A program made the translations under genes and the position numbers. 48,351 nucleotides of DNA, taken from positions 1 through 48,351 of the forward strand of contig JBAZCA010000007.1 in assembly GCA_041671125.1 (NCBI GenBank). Direction: 5' to 3'. Source of the stretch: Patescibacteria group bacterium (lineage in GTDB: Bacteria > Patescibacteriota > Patescibacteriia > Patescibacteriales > JBAZCA01). Shown here one piece after another: positions 8,495-19,699 of the stretch. Every line of letters starts with the position of its first letter. Within the stretch, counting starts at the first letter, position 1. Under the pieces are notes generated by a model, which did not search any database, was not told the DNA's origin, and worked only from the letters and a program-made list of their open reading frames with translations.

Positions 8495-8989
8495 CTATTT
8501 TCTATCCTTGTATTCCCTTATCGCCTCAACCACTTTTGATTCAGGCTTAAGGTTTTCCACGAATAATACATGCTCAAGGTTCACGGACATGTTATCTTCC
8601 GGTCCGTGGATTTCATTGCCCAATTTTACCAAAGAAAAACTATCCGTGTCAATTCCCGGATCCGCCTCCCCGGCTTCTTTTTCGGCGCCGGAATTCCCTT
8701 CGCTCGCCTGCAAGGTCTGCACGGTTTTTAAATAATATATATCCTCAATCAAAAGGGTTTCCGGAGTAACGTCAGCCACCCGGCCGAAATATACCTGGCC
8801 GTTTGATAAAAATATCGCCTGGTATCGTTCCGGATTGACCCAGTTGGAAAGGCGGTTAAATTTCTTCGTGCTGTAAAAAAGAAAATCAATAACTATCAAT
8901 ATTAGGATCGCGGACATGATAATTACGGCCGCCCAAAGGATGGTTTTTTTGCTCCGCGAATTGCCTGATAAAATTTCATTAAAGGACAT
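8495..8989 (-). CDS. hypothetical membrane-anchored protein
   Basis: 164-aa ORF with an ATG start and one N-terminal TM helix (ILWAAVIIMSAILILIVIDFLFY) followed by a soluble domain. No family recognised. Confidence 0.6.
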   Translation of the reverse strand: MSFNEILSGNSRSKKTILWAAVIIMSAILILIVIDFLFYSTKKFNRLSNWVNPERYQAIFLSNGQVYFGRVADVTPETLLIEDIYYLKTVQTLQASEGNSGAEKEAGEADPGIDTDSFSLVKLGNEIHGPEDNMSVNLEHVLFVENLKPESKVVEAIREYKDRK

Positions 8990-9063
8990 AGAATGATTAT
9001 AATTATGGATTAAAATTCTTACCGCCTGTTAAAATTAATTCGTAATTTTTAATTGAAAATTCA

Positions 9064-10110
9064 TTAATTATCCTCAGCCATCCGCTGGTCAAAAATATCC
9101 TGGATAAAAACGCTGGCCGCTGTCGCCACCGGAATGGAAAGGATAGCGCCGGCGATCCCGGCCAGCTGAAAACCAATTAAAAGCACGGCAATGCTGACAA
9201 TCGGATTCAGCCCCACGGCCTTCTGCATAATTTTCGGAACTAAGACGTTATTTTCGGTAAACTGGACGAGATAATAGAAAACCGCCGTTATGAGCGCCAG
9301 CATAGGCGCAACGGAAAAAGCGATTAAAACCGCCGGCACCGCCCCCATAATCGGCCCAAGATAAGGGATAAATTCGGTAATTCCGGCGATTAGGGCGAGT
9401 ACCAGCGCATATTTTATGCCAAGGATTTTCAGGCCGATGTAAACGAGCAGTCCGACGGCAAAGCATAATATGAGCTGGCCCCGGAGCCAAAGGCCGATTT
9501 TTTTCTGCATCCGGCCGACCAAATCCAAGGCGTAAGGCTGGTGCTTAAAGGGGATTATTGAGCGGACGATTTTTTTCATGGCATTATCCTCAACCGCCAT
9601 GTAAAAAGTTACGACTAAGGTCAGAAAAAAGGAGAAAATGCTCCCAAACACCCCGGTTACGGTAGAAAAAACATTACCGGCGTTAGTTTCCAGTCCTGAC
9701 CGGACGGCGTCCAAGGCGCCTTTAATACTGCTAAAAGTATTGCCTTCCTGAACGCTGAAAAATGAATAACCTTTGACAATCTTATTCATGTAATCAGGGA
9801 AGTTTTCGGACAAATCCCGAATCTGGGCCGAAATCGGCGGAATCATTAAATAGATGATTGAACCGACTAATATTAGCAAAGCCAGATAAATGAATATTAC
9901 CCCGAGCGTCCGCGGAATTTTTCTTTTCTGCATCCAGTCTACTAAAGGCCCGATGGCGGCCGCGAAAACTAATGAAACGAAAAAAACCACGAGAATATCG
10001 CGGATTAAAAACATGATATAAATTAAAAAACCGATCAAAATTACTTTTATCAGAGTAACCGTGGAAATATTTATGTTGGTATAGCGGTTGGATTCCATGT
10101 TATTTCTCAT
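9064..10110 (-). CDS. AI-2E family transporter (PerM/UPF0118-like)
   Basis: 348-aa polytopic membrane ORF. The conserved C-terminal block ...GITEFIPYLGPIMGAVPAVLIAF... is typical of the family. Confidence 0.8.
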   Translation of the reverse strand: MRNNMESNRYTNINISTVTLIKVILIGFLIYIMFLIRDILVVFFVSLVFAAAIGPLVDWMQKRKIPRTLGVIFIYLALLILVGSIIYLMIPPISAQIRDLSENFPDYMNKIVKGYSFFSVQEGNTFSSIKGALDAVRSGLETNAGNVFSTVTGVFGSIFSFFLTLVVTFYMAVEDNAMKKIVRSIIPFKHQPYALDLVGRMQKKIGLWLRGQLILCFAVGLLVYIGLKILGIKYALVLALIAGITEFIPYLGPIMGAVPAVLIAFSVAPMLALITAVFYYLVQFTENNVLVPKIMQKAVGLNPIVSIAVLLIGFQLAGIAGAILSIPVATAASVFIQDIFDQRMAEDN

Positions 10111-10133
10111 ATTTATTAATCCATTATAGGTTC

Positions 10134-10162
10134 ATTATACGCCATTCCACCTTCATAAGCAA
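10134..10162 (-). promoter_or_regulatory. sigma70-like promoter for the AI-2E transporter gene
   Basis: Minus strand reads TTGCTT-17 nt-TATAAT, ending 23 nt upstream of the ATG at 10110. Confidence 0.5.
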
Positions 10163-10253
10163 TAATGAATCAGCTTAATTTCGTCCGGCCAAACACCTCG
10201 CGGGAAACGATAATCGCCTAAAAACACCTACCACGCAATAAAAGCTGAATTTT

Positions 10254-10282
10254 AAAAGACGCCCGATGATGGGGCGTCTTTT
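10254..10282 (-). terminator. Rho-independent terminator after groEL
   Basis: AAAAGACGCCC-loop-GGGCGTCTTTT, a 7-bp GC-rich stem with A/T runs on both sides, 45 nt after the groEL stop. Confidence 0.7.
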
Positions 10283-10326
10283 AAATGAATTCTGTTATCT
10301 TTCTTCTGTCGTCTATTTTCTGAGTC

Positions 10327-12344
<2,018 letters not shown>

Positions 12345-12538
12345 AATTTTTCTCATAACCCATAACGCATAACTCATAACACTACTTAGGACATGTTATA
12401 AGTTATGGCCGGGCGATATTTATAAATGTAAAATTAACCACTGACAGCCAGTAACGTAAAAAAAATCCTGTTATCTGCTGTCCCCGACCGACCGGATGCC
12501 AGCCATTCGGACAGGTGTTTTCTGTTTATCTAAATGCG

Positions 12539-12565
12539 TTAGCACTCTAACTCCTCGTCTGCTAA
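12539..12565 (-). promoter_or_regulatory. CIRCE-like HrcA operator (TTAGCACTC-N9-GTCTGCTAA)
   Basis: It matches the CIRCE consensus TTAGCACTC-N9-GAGTGCTAA with a perfect left arm and 2 mismatches in the right arm. It starts 11 nt downstream of the -10 box, upstream of groES. Confidence 0.6.
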
Positions 12566-12575
12566 ATTCAACCAT

Positions 12576-12604
12576 ATTTTAGCCCGAAGAAATTTTCTTG
12601 TCAA
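12576..12604 (-). promoter_or_regulatory. sigma70-like promoter of groES-groEL
   Basis: Minus strand reads TTGACA-17 nt-TAAAAT, immediately followed by the CIRCE-like element. Confidence 0.6.
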
Positions 12605-12609
12605 GGGGT

Positions 12610-12642
12610 AAAAAAACCCCGAAGACGGGCTTGCCTTCGGGG
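12610..12642 (-). terminator. Rho-independent terminator after the NTF2-like gene
   Basis: Minus strand reads CCCCGAAG-gcaagcccgt-CTTCGGGG followed by TTTTTTT, 24 nt after the stop at 12666. Confidence 0.75.
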
Positions 12643-12665
12643 AATCTTGAATCCACGCGAACAAC

Positions 12666-13367
12666 TTATTTTGATTCCGGCCTCATTGATAAATGATGTT
12701 GAATAATTTCCCACTCTTCTCCGCTCTTTTTCCAGGTAATAGTAAACCGGGCATTATCACCTTCTTCGGTATTATACATTCCCGAATGAAGATAGCTGTC
12801 ATCTGAAAGTTTCTGGACTGCGTTTTCTTTTTCAACAATCGTTCCGATATTATTTTCCTTAAAATATTTACTAAAAAATGCTTCCTCGTCACCTTCTTTA
12901 GGTTCTCCGGAAAGTGTGGCATCCGGTTTGAATCCGCTCTCCAACTTCTCCTTTTTTTCATCATTTTTCTTTGAAGAATGATGGTGATCAATCTCCCACT
13001 CACCCTCCTTATTTCTAACCCAGACATAAGTAAATTCAGCTTCTACTACCTCTCTTTGATCTTCCGGACCGACTGTAAAATTATATTTTCCTGAATGGAC
13101 ATAGCAATCTGATGAAATAACATCAATTTTTTCCTCAACAATTTCGCCTTCAGGATCTTTTTCAATAAAATGTTTAAAATATTCCTCAGCCCCGGTTTTT
13201 CCTCTTTTAAAGTCTCCAGAAACAGTGGGTAAAAAAGTATTTCCGTCTGTATAATGAGCCGCTACGTTCTTAGCGTTTTTTAATAAAAGAGACTCATTCC
13301 ATTTTTTAAAATTGTCCTTAGCGATTTGTTCCATATTTTGCTCGTTAACGTTTTCTTTCTCAATCAT
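12666..13367 (-). CDS. NTF2-like fold protein (DUF4440 / CaMKII-association-domain-like), one full plus one truncated copy
   Basis: 233 aa. The first half (...NFKKWNESLLLKNAKNVAAHYTDGNTFLPTVSG...FTYVWVRNKEGEWEIDHHHSS) fits the SnoaL/DUF4440 pattern ending in HHSS. The second half repeats its C-terminal part (...RFTITWKKSGEEWEIIQHHLS). Confidence 0.65.
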   Translation of the reverse strand: MIEKENVNEQNMEQIAKDNFKKWNESLLLKNAKNVAAHYTDGNTFLPTVSGDFKRGKTGAEEYFKHFIEKDPEGEIVEEKIDVISSDCYVHSGKYNFTVGPEDQREVVEAEFTYVWVRNKEGEWEIDHHHSSKKNDEKKEKLESGFKPDATLSGEPKEGDEEAFFSKYFKENNIGTIVEKENAVQKLSDDSYLHSGMYNTEEGDNARFTITWKKSGEEWEIIQHHLSMRPESK

Positions 13368-13390
13368 AAATATTTGCTTAAATATAAATT

Positions 13391-13834
13391 TTATTTTTCC
13401 ATCCCTTTTATCCTTCTCCAGCGATTCGCCGCGCGGCTGCGGGCGAGTTCTTTTTGGATCTTGGCCGCGACGCTCATAAACTGTTCAACATCCTGACGCT
13501 CTAGGTTTTCCCGGGTTTTCTCCGCCCGCGCCCTGGCTTCTTCGGCCCGAGAAATATCAATCTCCGCCGCCCGTTCGGCTGTATCGGCGAGAATTATTAT
13601 CTTATCCTTTAAAACTTCAATAAAGCCGCCGGAAACAGACATCACTTCAATGTTGCCGTCCGGCTGTCGGACTTCAATCACCCCGGGCGCGAGAATGGAA
13701 ACTAAAGGGATGTGGTGCGGCAGAATGGTAATTTCGCCGTTTCTCGTCGGCACGGTTACCTGCGCGACCATCTCCTTAAAAACTTCCCGCTCGGGAGTGA
13801 CTATTTCAAATTTGATTGTTTTTAAATTACTCAT
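13391..13834 (-). CDS. atpC: F-type ATP synthase subunit epsilon
   Basis: 147 aa. N-terminal beta-sandwich pattern (FEIVTPEREVF...VTVPTRNGEITILPHHIPLVS) followed by C-terminal charged helices. Last gene of the atp operon. Confidence 0.9.
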   Translation of the reverse strand: MSNLKTIKFEIVTPEREVFKEMVAQVTVPTRNGEITILPHHIPLVSILAPGVIEVRQPDGNIEVMSVSGGFIEVLKDKIIILADTAERAAEIDISRAEEARARAEKTRENLERQDVEQFMSVAAKIQKELARSRAANRWRRIKGMEK

Positions 13835-13855
13835 ACCTTAAACTATAATATTATT

Positions 13856-14005
13856 GCGAGCATTGAAAAATTTCGGTGATAATCACGAGCGTAGAAAGCG
13901 TACAAAATTCCACTGTTTGAGGAGCCGGAGCAAAGCGGAGGCGACGAGTTTGGAATTTTGCTAGCTTTCATAGCGAGTGATCCAAAATTTTTCACTAGCG
14001 AGCGC
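13856..14005. repeat. Long inverted repeat (family G) in the atpD-atpC spacer
   Basis: The left arm GCGAGCATTGAAAAATTTCGGTGATAATCACGAGCGTAGAAAGCGTACAAAATTCC pairs imperfectly with the right arm GGAATTTTGCTAGCTTTCATAGCGAGTGATCCAAAATTTTTCACTAGCGAGCGC. It is followed by a separate perfect hairpin GCCACTTTTT-cta-AAAAAGTGGC (14013-14035) and a solo family A arm (14074-14106). Confidence 0.75.
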
Positions 14006-14120
14006 TTTTTGCGCCACTTTTTCTAAAAAAGTGGCAAAATTATTATTAACAGGCTAATAACGTTCAATTACTTAGATCTCTCCTCCCTGCGGTCGTCGAG
14101 ATGACAAAAAAACAGAAAAA

Positions 14121-15512
<1,392 letters not shown>

Positions 15513-15574
15513 TTAATGTTATGCTTTAACTATATTAGTCCTTTTAAATCATCCAACGAAAGGAGGTGAAGAAT

Positions 15575-15634
15575 ATGTTGGACGCGATTATTTTGGTTAT
15601 CATGTTCGCCGTATGGTGGCGACTTATTCAATGA
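15575..15634 (+). CDS. candidate 19-aa hydrophobic peptide (MLDAIILVIMFAVWWRLIQ), antisense to the atp operon
   Basis: AGGAGGTG (15561-15568) lies 6 nt before the ATG at 15575. The ORF ends in TGA at 15632-15634. A plus-strand-specific intrinsic terminator starts 8 nt later. It is too short for the ORF track. Confidence 0.45.
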   Translation: MLDAIILVIMFAVWWRLIQ

Positions 15635-15642
15635 AACTATTC

Positions 15643-15676
15643 CCCGCCGAACTAAGGAGATCGGCGGGCTTTTTTT
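15643..15676 (+). terminator. Intrinsic terminator oriented for the plus strand
   Basis: CCCGCCGA-actaaggaga-TCGGCGGG followed by C and TTTTTTT on the plus strand. On the minus strand the stem has no T-tract after it, so atp read-through is expected. Confidence 0.55.
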
Positions 15677-15685
15677 ATGGAATAA

Positions 15686-16666
15686 TTATTCCGCTAACGC
15701 GTTGGCTCCCGCGCTGATCTCCGCAATTTCTCTCGTAATTCCCGCCTGCCGGGCCTTATTGTAAAATAATGTTAACTCGCTAATCATGTCGCCGGCCGCT
15801 TCAGTCGCCTGGTGCATGGCCGCCATCCGGGCCGAGTGCTCGGACGCGTTTGATTCTAAAAGCGCCTGAAAAAGCTGCACTTCTATGAGCCGCGGCACCA
15901 TCTCGTCTAAAACTTCCCGGGGCGAAGGCTCAAAAGTATATTCATATAAAAACTCTTCGGCTTTTAAATGCTTAGCTTTTTTATCTTCCATGAACTTTTT
16001 ATCAATCCCCACCCGGCTGTCACCCCCGACCACGCCTAAAAACTCGTCATCCTGCTCCACTTCAACCGGAAGTAATTGTTTTACCCGCGGAACCTGCTTG
16101 GCCGGATTAACAAAATCAGTATAACCAACCATGACTTTATCATAATTTCCGGCGAGATATTCGTCAATTACGAACTTTGACATTGGAATCACTTCCGCCA
16201 CTTCGGTAACAAAATCCTCCTTGGAAAATTCTGCCCCGAGCTTGTAGCCGTAATAGCGGGCAATAGCTTTACCGCGCGATCCGATAAGGATTATTTCCGG
16301 CTCAACCACTTTCTCTTCGCCAATGTAATGGAATTTTTTTATGGATTCATGGACTTTATTAACGATGTTGGTGTTAAACCCGCCGCAAAGCCCGCGGTTA
16401 GAGGTAATTAAAATTATTCCGACCCGCTTAATGTCTTTTTTCGGGATAAGAAGCGGATGCAGAGTTTCACCGTTGCCATTTCCATTAGCCGTTCGCGACA
16501 AATGCAAAACCGTCTCCCAGCTTAAATTGGCGTAAGTCCGGGTCTTTAAGACCGCTTCAATGGCTTTGCGCATTTTTGAAGCCGAGACCATTTCCATGGC
16601 CTTGGTAATCTTCTTTGTATTGCCGACAGACTTGATGCGTCTTCGGATGTCTCTGGTTGATGGCAT
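15686..16666 (-). CDS. atpG: F-type ATP synthase subunit gamma
   Basis: 326 aa with the conserved N-terminus MPSTRDIRRRIKSVGNTKKITKAMEMVSASKMRKA and C-terminus ...RQAGITREIAEISAGANAL. Confidence 0.95.
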   Translation of the reverse strand: MPSTRDIRRRIKSVGNTKKITKAMEMVSASKMRKAIEAVLKTRTYANLSWETVLHLSRTANGNGNGETLHPLLIPKKDIKRVGIILITSNRGLCGGFNTNIVNKVHESIKKFHYIGEEKVVEPEIILIGSRGKAIARYYGYKLGAEFSKEDFVTEVAEVIPMSKFVIDEYLAGNYDKVMVGYTDFVNPAKQVPRVKQLLPVEVEQDDEFLGVVGGDSRVGIDKKFMEDKKAKHLKAEEFLYEYTFEPSPREVLDEMVPRLIEVQLFQALLESNASEHSARMAAMHQATEAAGDMISELTLFYNKARQAGITREIAEISAGANALAE

Positions 16667-16674
16667 TTTATCGT

Positions 16675-16752
16675 CGTCATTCTGAACGAAGCGAAGCGGA
16701 GTGAAGAATCTCGTCTATTTTCCACGAGATCCTTCGCTACGCTCAGGATGAC
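16675..16752. repeat. Family A inverted-repeat element, copy 2 (inverted orientation)
   Basis: CGTCATTCTGAACGAAGCGAAGCGGAGTGAAGAATC ... GATCCTTCGCTACGCTCAGGATGAC. The right arm overlaps the last three codons and the stop of atpA. Confidence 0.85.
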
Positions 16753-18260
16753 ATTGTCGCTTTATAATCCTCAATCAATTTTTTTACGTCCCTTTCAACC
16801 TGCTCGTTTAATTCTTTTACTTCATCAATCGCTTTTAAGACCGCTTCCCCGTTGTTTACGGCGTATTTATGGAGACCGGCCTCAAACTCGCGGACTTTTT
16901 CCACCGCGACGTCGTTAATATAGCCGTTAATCAAAGCGTAGAATATTAATACCTGCCGGGCTACCGGAACGGTCGCATACTGATCCTGCTTTAAAATTTC
17001 CATGAGCCGTTTTCCGAGCTCCAGCTTGGCTTTAGTCTCTTCATCCAAATCCGATCCGAACTGGGCGAAAGCCGCTAACTCCCGGTACTGAGCCGCGTCA
17101 AGCCGCATCTGGCCGGCTACTTTTTTCATGGCCTTAATCTGCGCTGAACTGCCGACGCGGGAGACTGAAAGTCCGGCGTTTATCGCGGGACGCTGACCCT
17201 GGTAAAACAAATCGCCTTCTAAGAAAATCTGGCCGTCGGTGATGGAAATAACGTTGGTCGGGATATAGGCGGATAAGTCTCCGGCCTGAGTTTCAATGAT
17301 TGGTAAGGCGGTGATGGATCCGCCGCCGAAATCTTTATTTAATTTACAGGCCCGCTCCAAAAGCCTTGAATGGAGATAAAAAACGTCGCCAGGATAGGCC
17401 TCGCGTCCAGGAGGCCGCCTTAAAAGAAGCGATATTTCGCGGTAAGCGACAGCGTGTTTGGACAAGTCATCATAAACAACTAAAACATCTTCGCCTTTAT
17501 CAAGAAAATATTCGGCAATGGCCGTTCCCGAGTAAGGCGCGATATATAATAACGAGGCCGGATCCGAGGCTCCGGCTAAAACCACGGTCGTATATTCCAT
17601 GGCTCCGGCTTCTTCCAGCTTAGCGACGATATTGGCGACTTTAGATTCTTTCTGGCCGACAGCGACGTAAACGCATTTCATGTTCTCACCCTTCTGGCTG
17701 ATAATCGTATCAATGGCAATAGCGGTTTTTCCGATTTGGCGGTCGCCGATAATAAGTTCCCGCTGTCCCCGGCCGATCGGAACCATGGCGTCAATGGCTT
17801 TAATTCCGGTCTGAACCGGCTGGCGCACGCCCTCGCGGGTAATTACGCCCGGAGCGATTTTTTCAACCGGATAATCATCCTTGGAATCAATCGGTCCCTT
17901 GCCGTCAATCGGCTGACCCAGGGCGTCCACTACTCTTCCGATTACTCCCTCGCCCACCGGCACCGAAAGAATCTTTTCCGTCCGGTTTACCTGATCGCCT
18001 TCTTTAATTTCCGTATAATCCCCTAAAATTACCGCGCCGACATTATCTTCTTCAAGGTTAAAAACCACTCCGGAAACTTTTTTTCCGCTGGCAGTAACAA
18101 ATTCAAGCATTTCCGAAGCTAACGCGTCGGAAAGGCCGGAAATTCTCGCGATGCCGTCCCCGACTTCTATAACAGTGCCGACCGATTGTTTTTTCGCTTC
18201 AGTCTTAAACCCCGCGATTTCGTTTTTTAACTGCTCAATGATGAAATCTTTTGTAGCCAT
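16743..18260 (-). CDS. atpA: F-type ATP synthase subunit alpha
   Basis: 505 aa with Walker [10 protein letters not shown] and overall alpha-subunit collinearity. Confidence 0.98.
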   Translation of the reverse strand: MATKDFIIEQLKNEIAGFKTEAKKQSVGTVIEVGDGIARISGLSDALASEMLEFVTASGKKVSGVVFNLEEDNVGAVILGDYTEIKEGDQVNRTEKILSVPVGEGVIGRVVDALGQPIDGKGPIDSKDDYPVEKIAPGVITREGVRQPVQTGIKAIDAMVPIGRGQRELIIGDRQIGKTAIAIDTIISQKGENMKCVYVAVGQKESKVANIVAKLEEAGAMEYTTVVLAGASDPASLLYIAPYSGTAIAEYFLDKGEDVLVVYDDLSKHAVAYREISLLLRRPPGREAYPGDVFYLHSRLLERACKLNKDFGGGSITALPIIETQAGDLSAYIPTNVISITDGQIFLEGDLFYQGQRPAINAGLSVSRVGSSAQIKAMKKVAGQMRLDAAQYRELAAFAQFGSDLDEETKAKLELGKRLMEILKQDQYATVPVARQVLIFYALINGYINDVAVEKVREFEAGLHKYAVNNGEAVLKAIDEVKELNEQVERDVKKLIEDYKATMSS

Positions 18261-18277
18261 ATTGGTATTATAGGTAA

Positions 18278-18679
18278 TTATTTAGCTAATTCCATTTTAA
18301 GCCGGGACAACCGGCTCTTTAAACTGCCATCAATTATCTTATCTTCATACTTGATAATTATTCCGCCCAAAATATTTTTATCCACTCTTTCGGCAACTTC
18401 AACTTTTTTCGCGCCGCTCGCTTCCGTTACGTAATCTTTCACGATTTTTACCATTTCTTTTTTAAGCGGGCTGGCAACGACGATCTCCGCTTCTAATATG
18501 CCTTCTTCTTCCCGAAAAATTTTATCAAGGTTCCTGATTACGTCTTTGGCTTTTTTAAAATCATTATTTTTTACTAAAACCTCAATGAATTTTTTTAAGA
18601 CGCCCTTAACCTCCCCGTCCTTTTTTTCCTGAACAGCTTCATATAATCCTCGCGCGTATTGTTTGGCCGATATTTTCAT
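18278..18679 (-). CDS. atpH: F-type ATP synthase subunit delta (short OSCP-like)
   Basis: 133 aa from the ATG at 18677-18679 ([15 protein letters not shown]...). The track start (TTG at 18736) would overlap atpF and is rejected. Its position between atpF and atpA supports the call. Confidence 0.8.
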   Translation of the reverse strand: MKISAKQYARGLYEAVQEKKDGEVKGVLKKFIEVLVKNNDFKKAKDVIRNLDKIFREEEGILEAEIVVASPLKKEMVKIVKDYVTEASGAKKVEVAERVDKNILGGIIIKYEDKIIDGSLKSRLSRLKMELAK

Positions 18680-18701
18680 GCAAATTTTTGGAATTTGAAA
18701 T

Positions 18702-19205
18702 TTACAAGCCTTTAGCTTCCTTGACCATTTTCTCAATCAATTCTTTATCTTCTTTCGCGTCCATCTTTTTATCAAGCACTTTTTCCACCGCGAGAACGAC
18801 TAGCTCGCCAATTTCTTTCCTTATTTCCTTTAAAGTAATTTCTTTCTCCAGCTGCATTTTTTCCTTTTCTTTGTTAATTATTATTCCGATCTCCTCCCGG
18901 GCCTTAACTACCATTTCTTTCTTTTTTTCCTCGGCGTTAGCGTTAGTTTTTTCAATAAAATCATTAGCTTCCTTTTTCGCCCGGGCTAATATCTCCGCCC
19001 GCTCTTTTTCGGTTTTCTTTAATTCTTTTTCAATCCGTTCGGCGTCCGAAAGGCTCTTTTCAATTTTTTCCGTCCGCTCTCCCATGGTCTTTAAAAGGGG
19101 CTTTAAAATAAGGAAATACAAAATCGCCAGGACTATGGCAAAATTTATTACCTGGGCGATTATTAATTTTAGGTCAATGTGAAAAGTTTCAATTAGCGAT
19201 TCCAT
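18702..19205 (-). CDS. atpF: F-type ATP synthase subunit b
   Basis: 167 aa with a single N-terminal TM helix (LKLIIAQVINFAIVLAILYFLIL) followed by a long charged helix. Confidence 0.85.
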   Translation of the reverse strand: MESLIETFHIDLKLIIAQVINFAIVLAILYFLILKPLLKTMGERTEKIEKSLSDAERIEKELKKTEKERAEILARAKKEANDFIEKTNANAEEKKKEMVVKAREEIGIIINKEKEKMQLEKEITLKEIRKEIGELVVLAVEKVLDKKMDAKEDKELIEKMVKEAKGL

Positions 19206-19362
19206 ATAAATTTTCTAGCAAATCAACGAATTATACAACAAATATTATATTCGTGAAATTCGTTGTCAGATTCGTTGTCAGATTCGTTGATTCGCTAGAT
19301 TAATATTCTTACTACTACCCCGCTCTTATTAAAGAGTGGAGCAGTCAGTAAGTCTACTAATC

Positions 19363-19617
<255 letters not shown>

Positions 19618-19656
19618 TTACCTTTAATTATTTATATTCATAATTCGCGTTACGCG

Positions 19657-19676
19657 CCTGCCTGCCGGCAGGCAGG
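19657..19676. repeat. Family C perfect palindrome CCTGCCTGCCGGCAGGCAGG
   Basis: An identical 20-mer occurs at 22145-22164 and an expanded version at 27859-27891. Here it is nested between the complementary words CGTAACGCATAACG and GGTTACGCGTTATGCG in the atpB-atpE spacer. Confidence 0.85.
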
Positions 19677-19699
19677 TTCCAGGTTACGCGTTATGCGAT

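Noticed and set aside
9248-9490. Nested same-strand alternative-frame ORFs (9248..9490, 12683..13027, 20428..20679, 21777..21977, 24518..24703, 25468..25653, 28263..28505, 43286..43513, 45768..45953, 47421..47666)
   Set aside because: Each lies wholly inside a longer gene with strong motif support, and they have Arg/Pro/Lys-rich off-frame composition.
12345-12377. N-terminal extensions in the track ORFs for groES (to 12377), atpH (to 18736), the ABC-2 permease (to 7436) and tatD (to 22113)
   Set aside because: The extensions use TTG or repeat-embedded ATG codons, run into palindromic elements or overlap the upstream gene, and add residues absent from the conserved N-termini.
15643-15676. Hairpin after atpG as the terminator of an atpZ-to-atpG transcript
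   Set aside because: The T-tract follows the stem only on the plus strand. On the atp coding strand the stem is preceded by A residues and followed by mixed sequence. It is therefore better explained as the terminator of the plus-strand mini-ORF, though weak bidirectional activity cannot be excluded.
18688-19182. Plus-strand 164-aa ORF opposite atpF, and the many other plus-strand ORFs opposite groEL, atpA, ftsH, ftsK, gyrA and the giant gene
   Set aside because: All are antisense shadows of well-supported genes, with Ser/Phe/Leu-rich low-complexity composition, for example 45251..45793 opposite the acidic FtsK tail.
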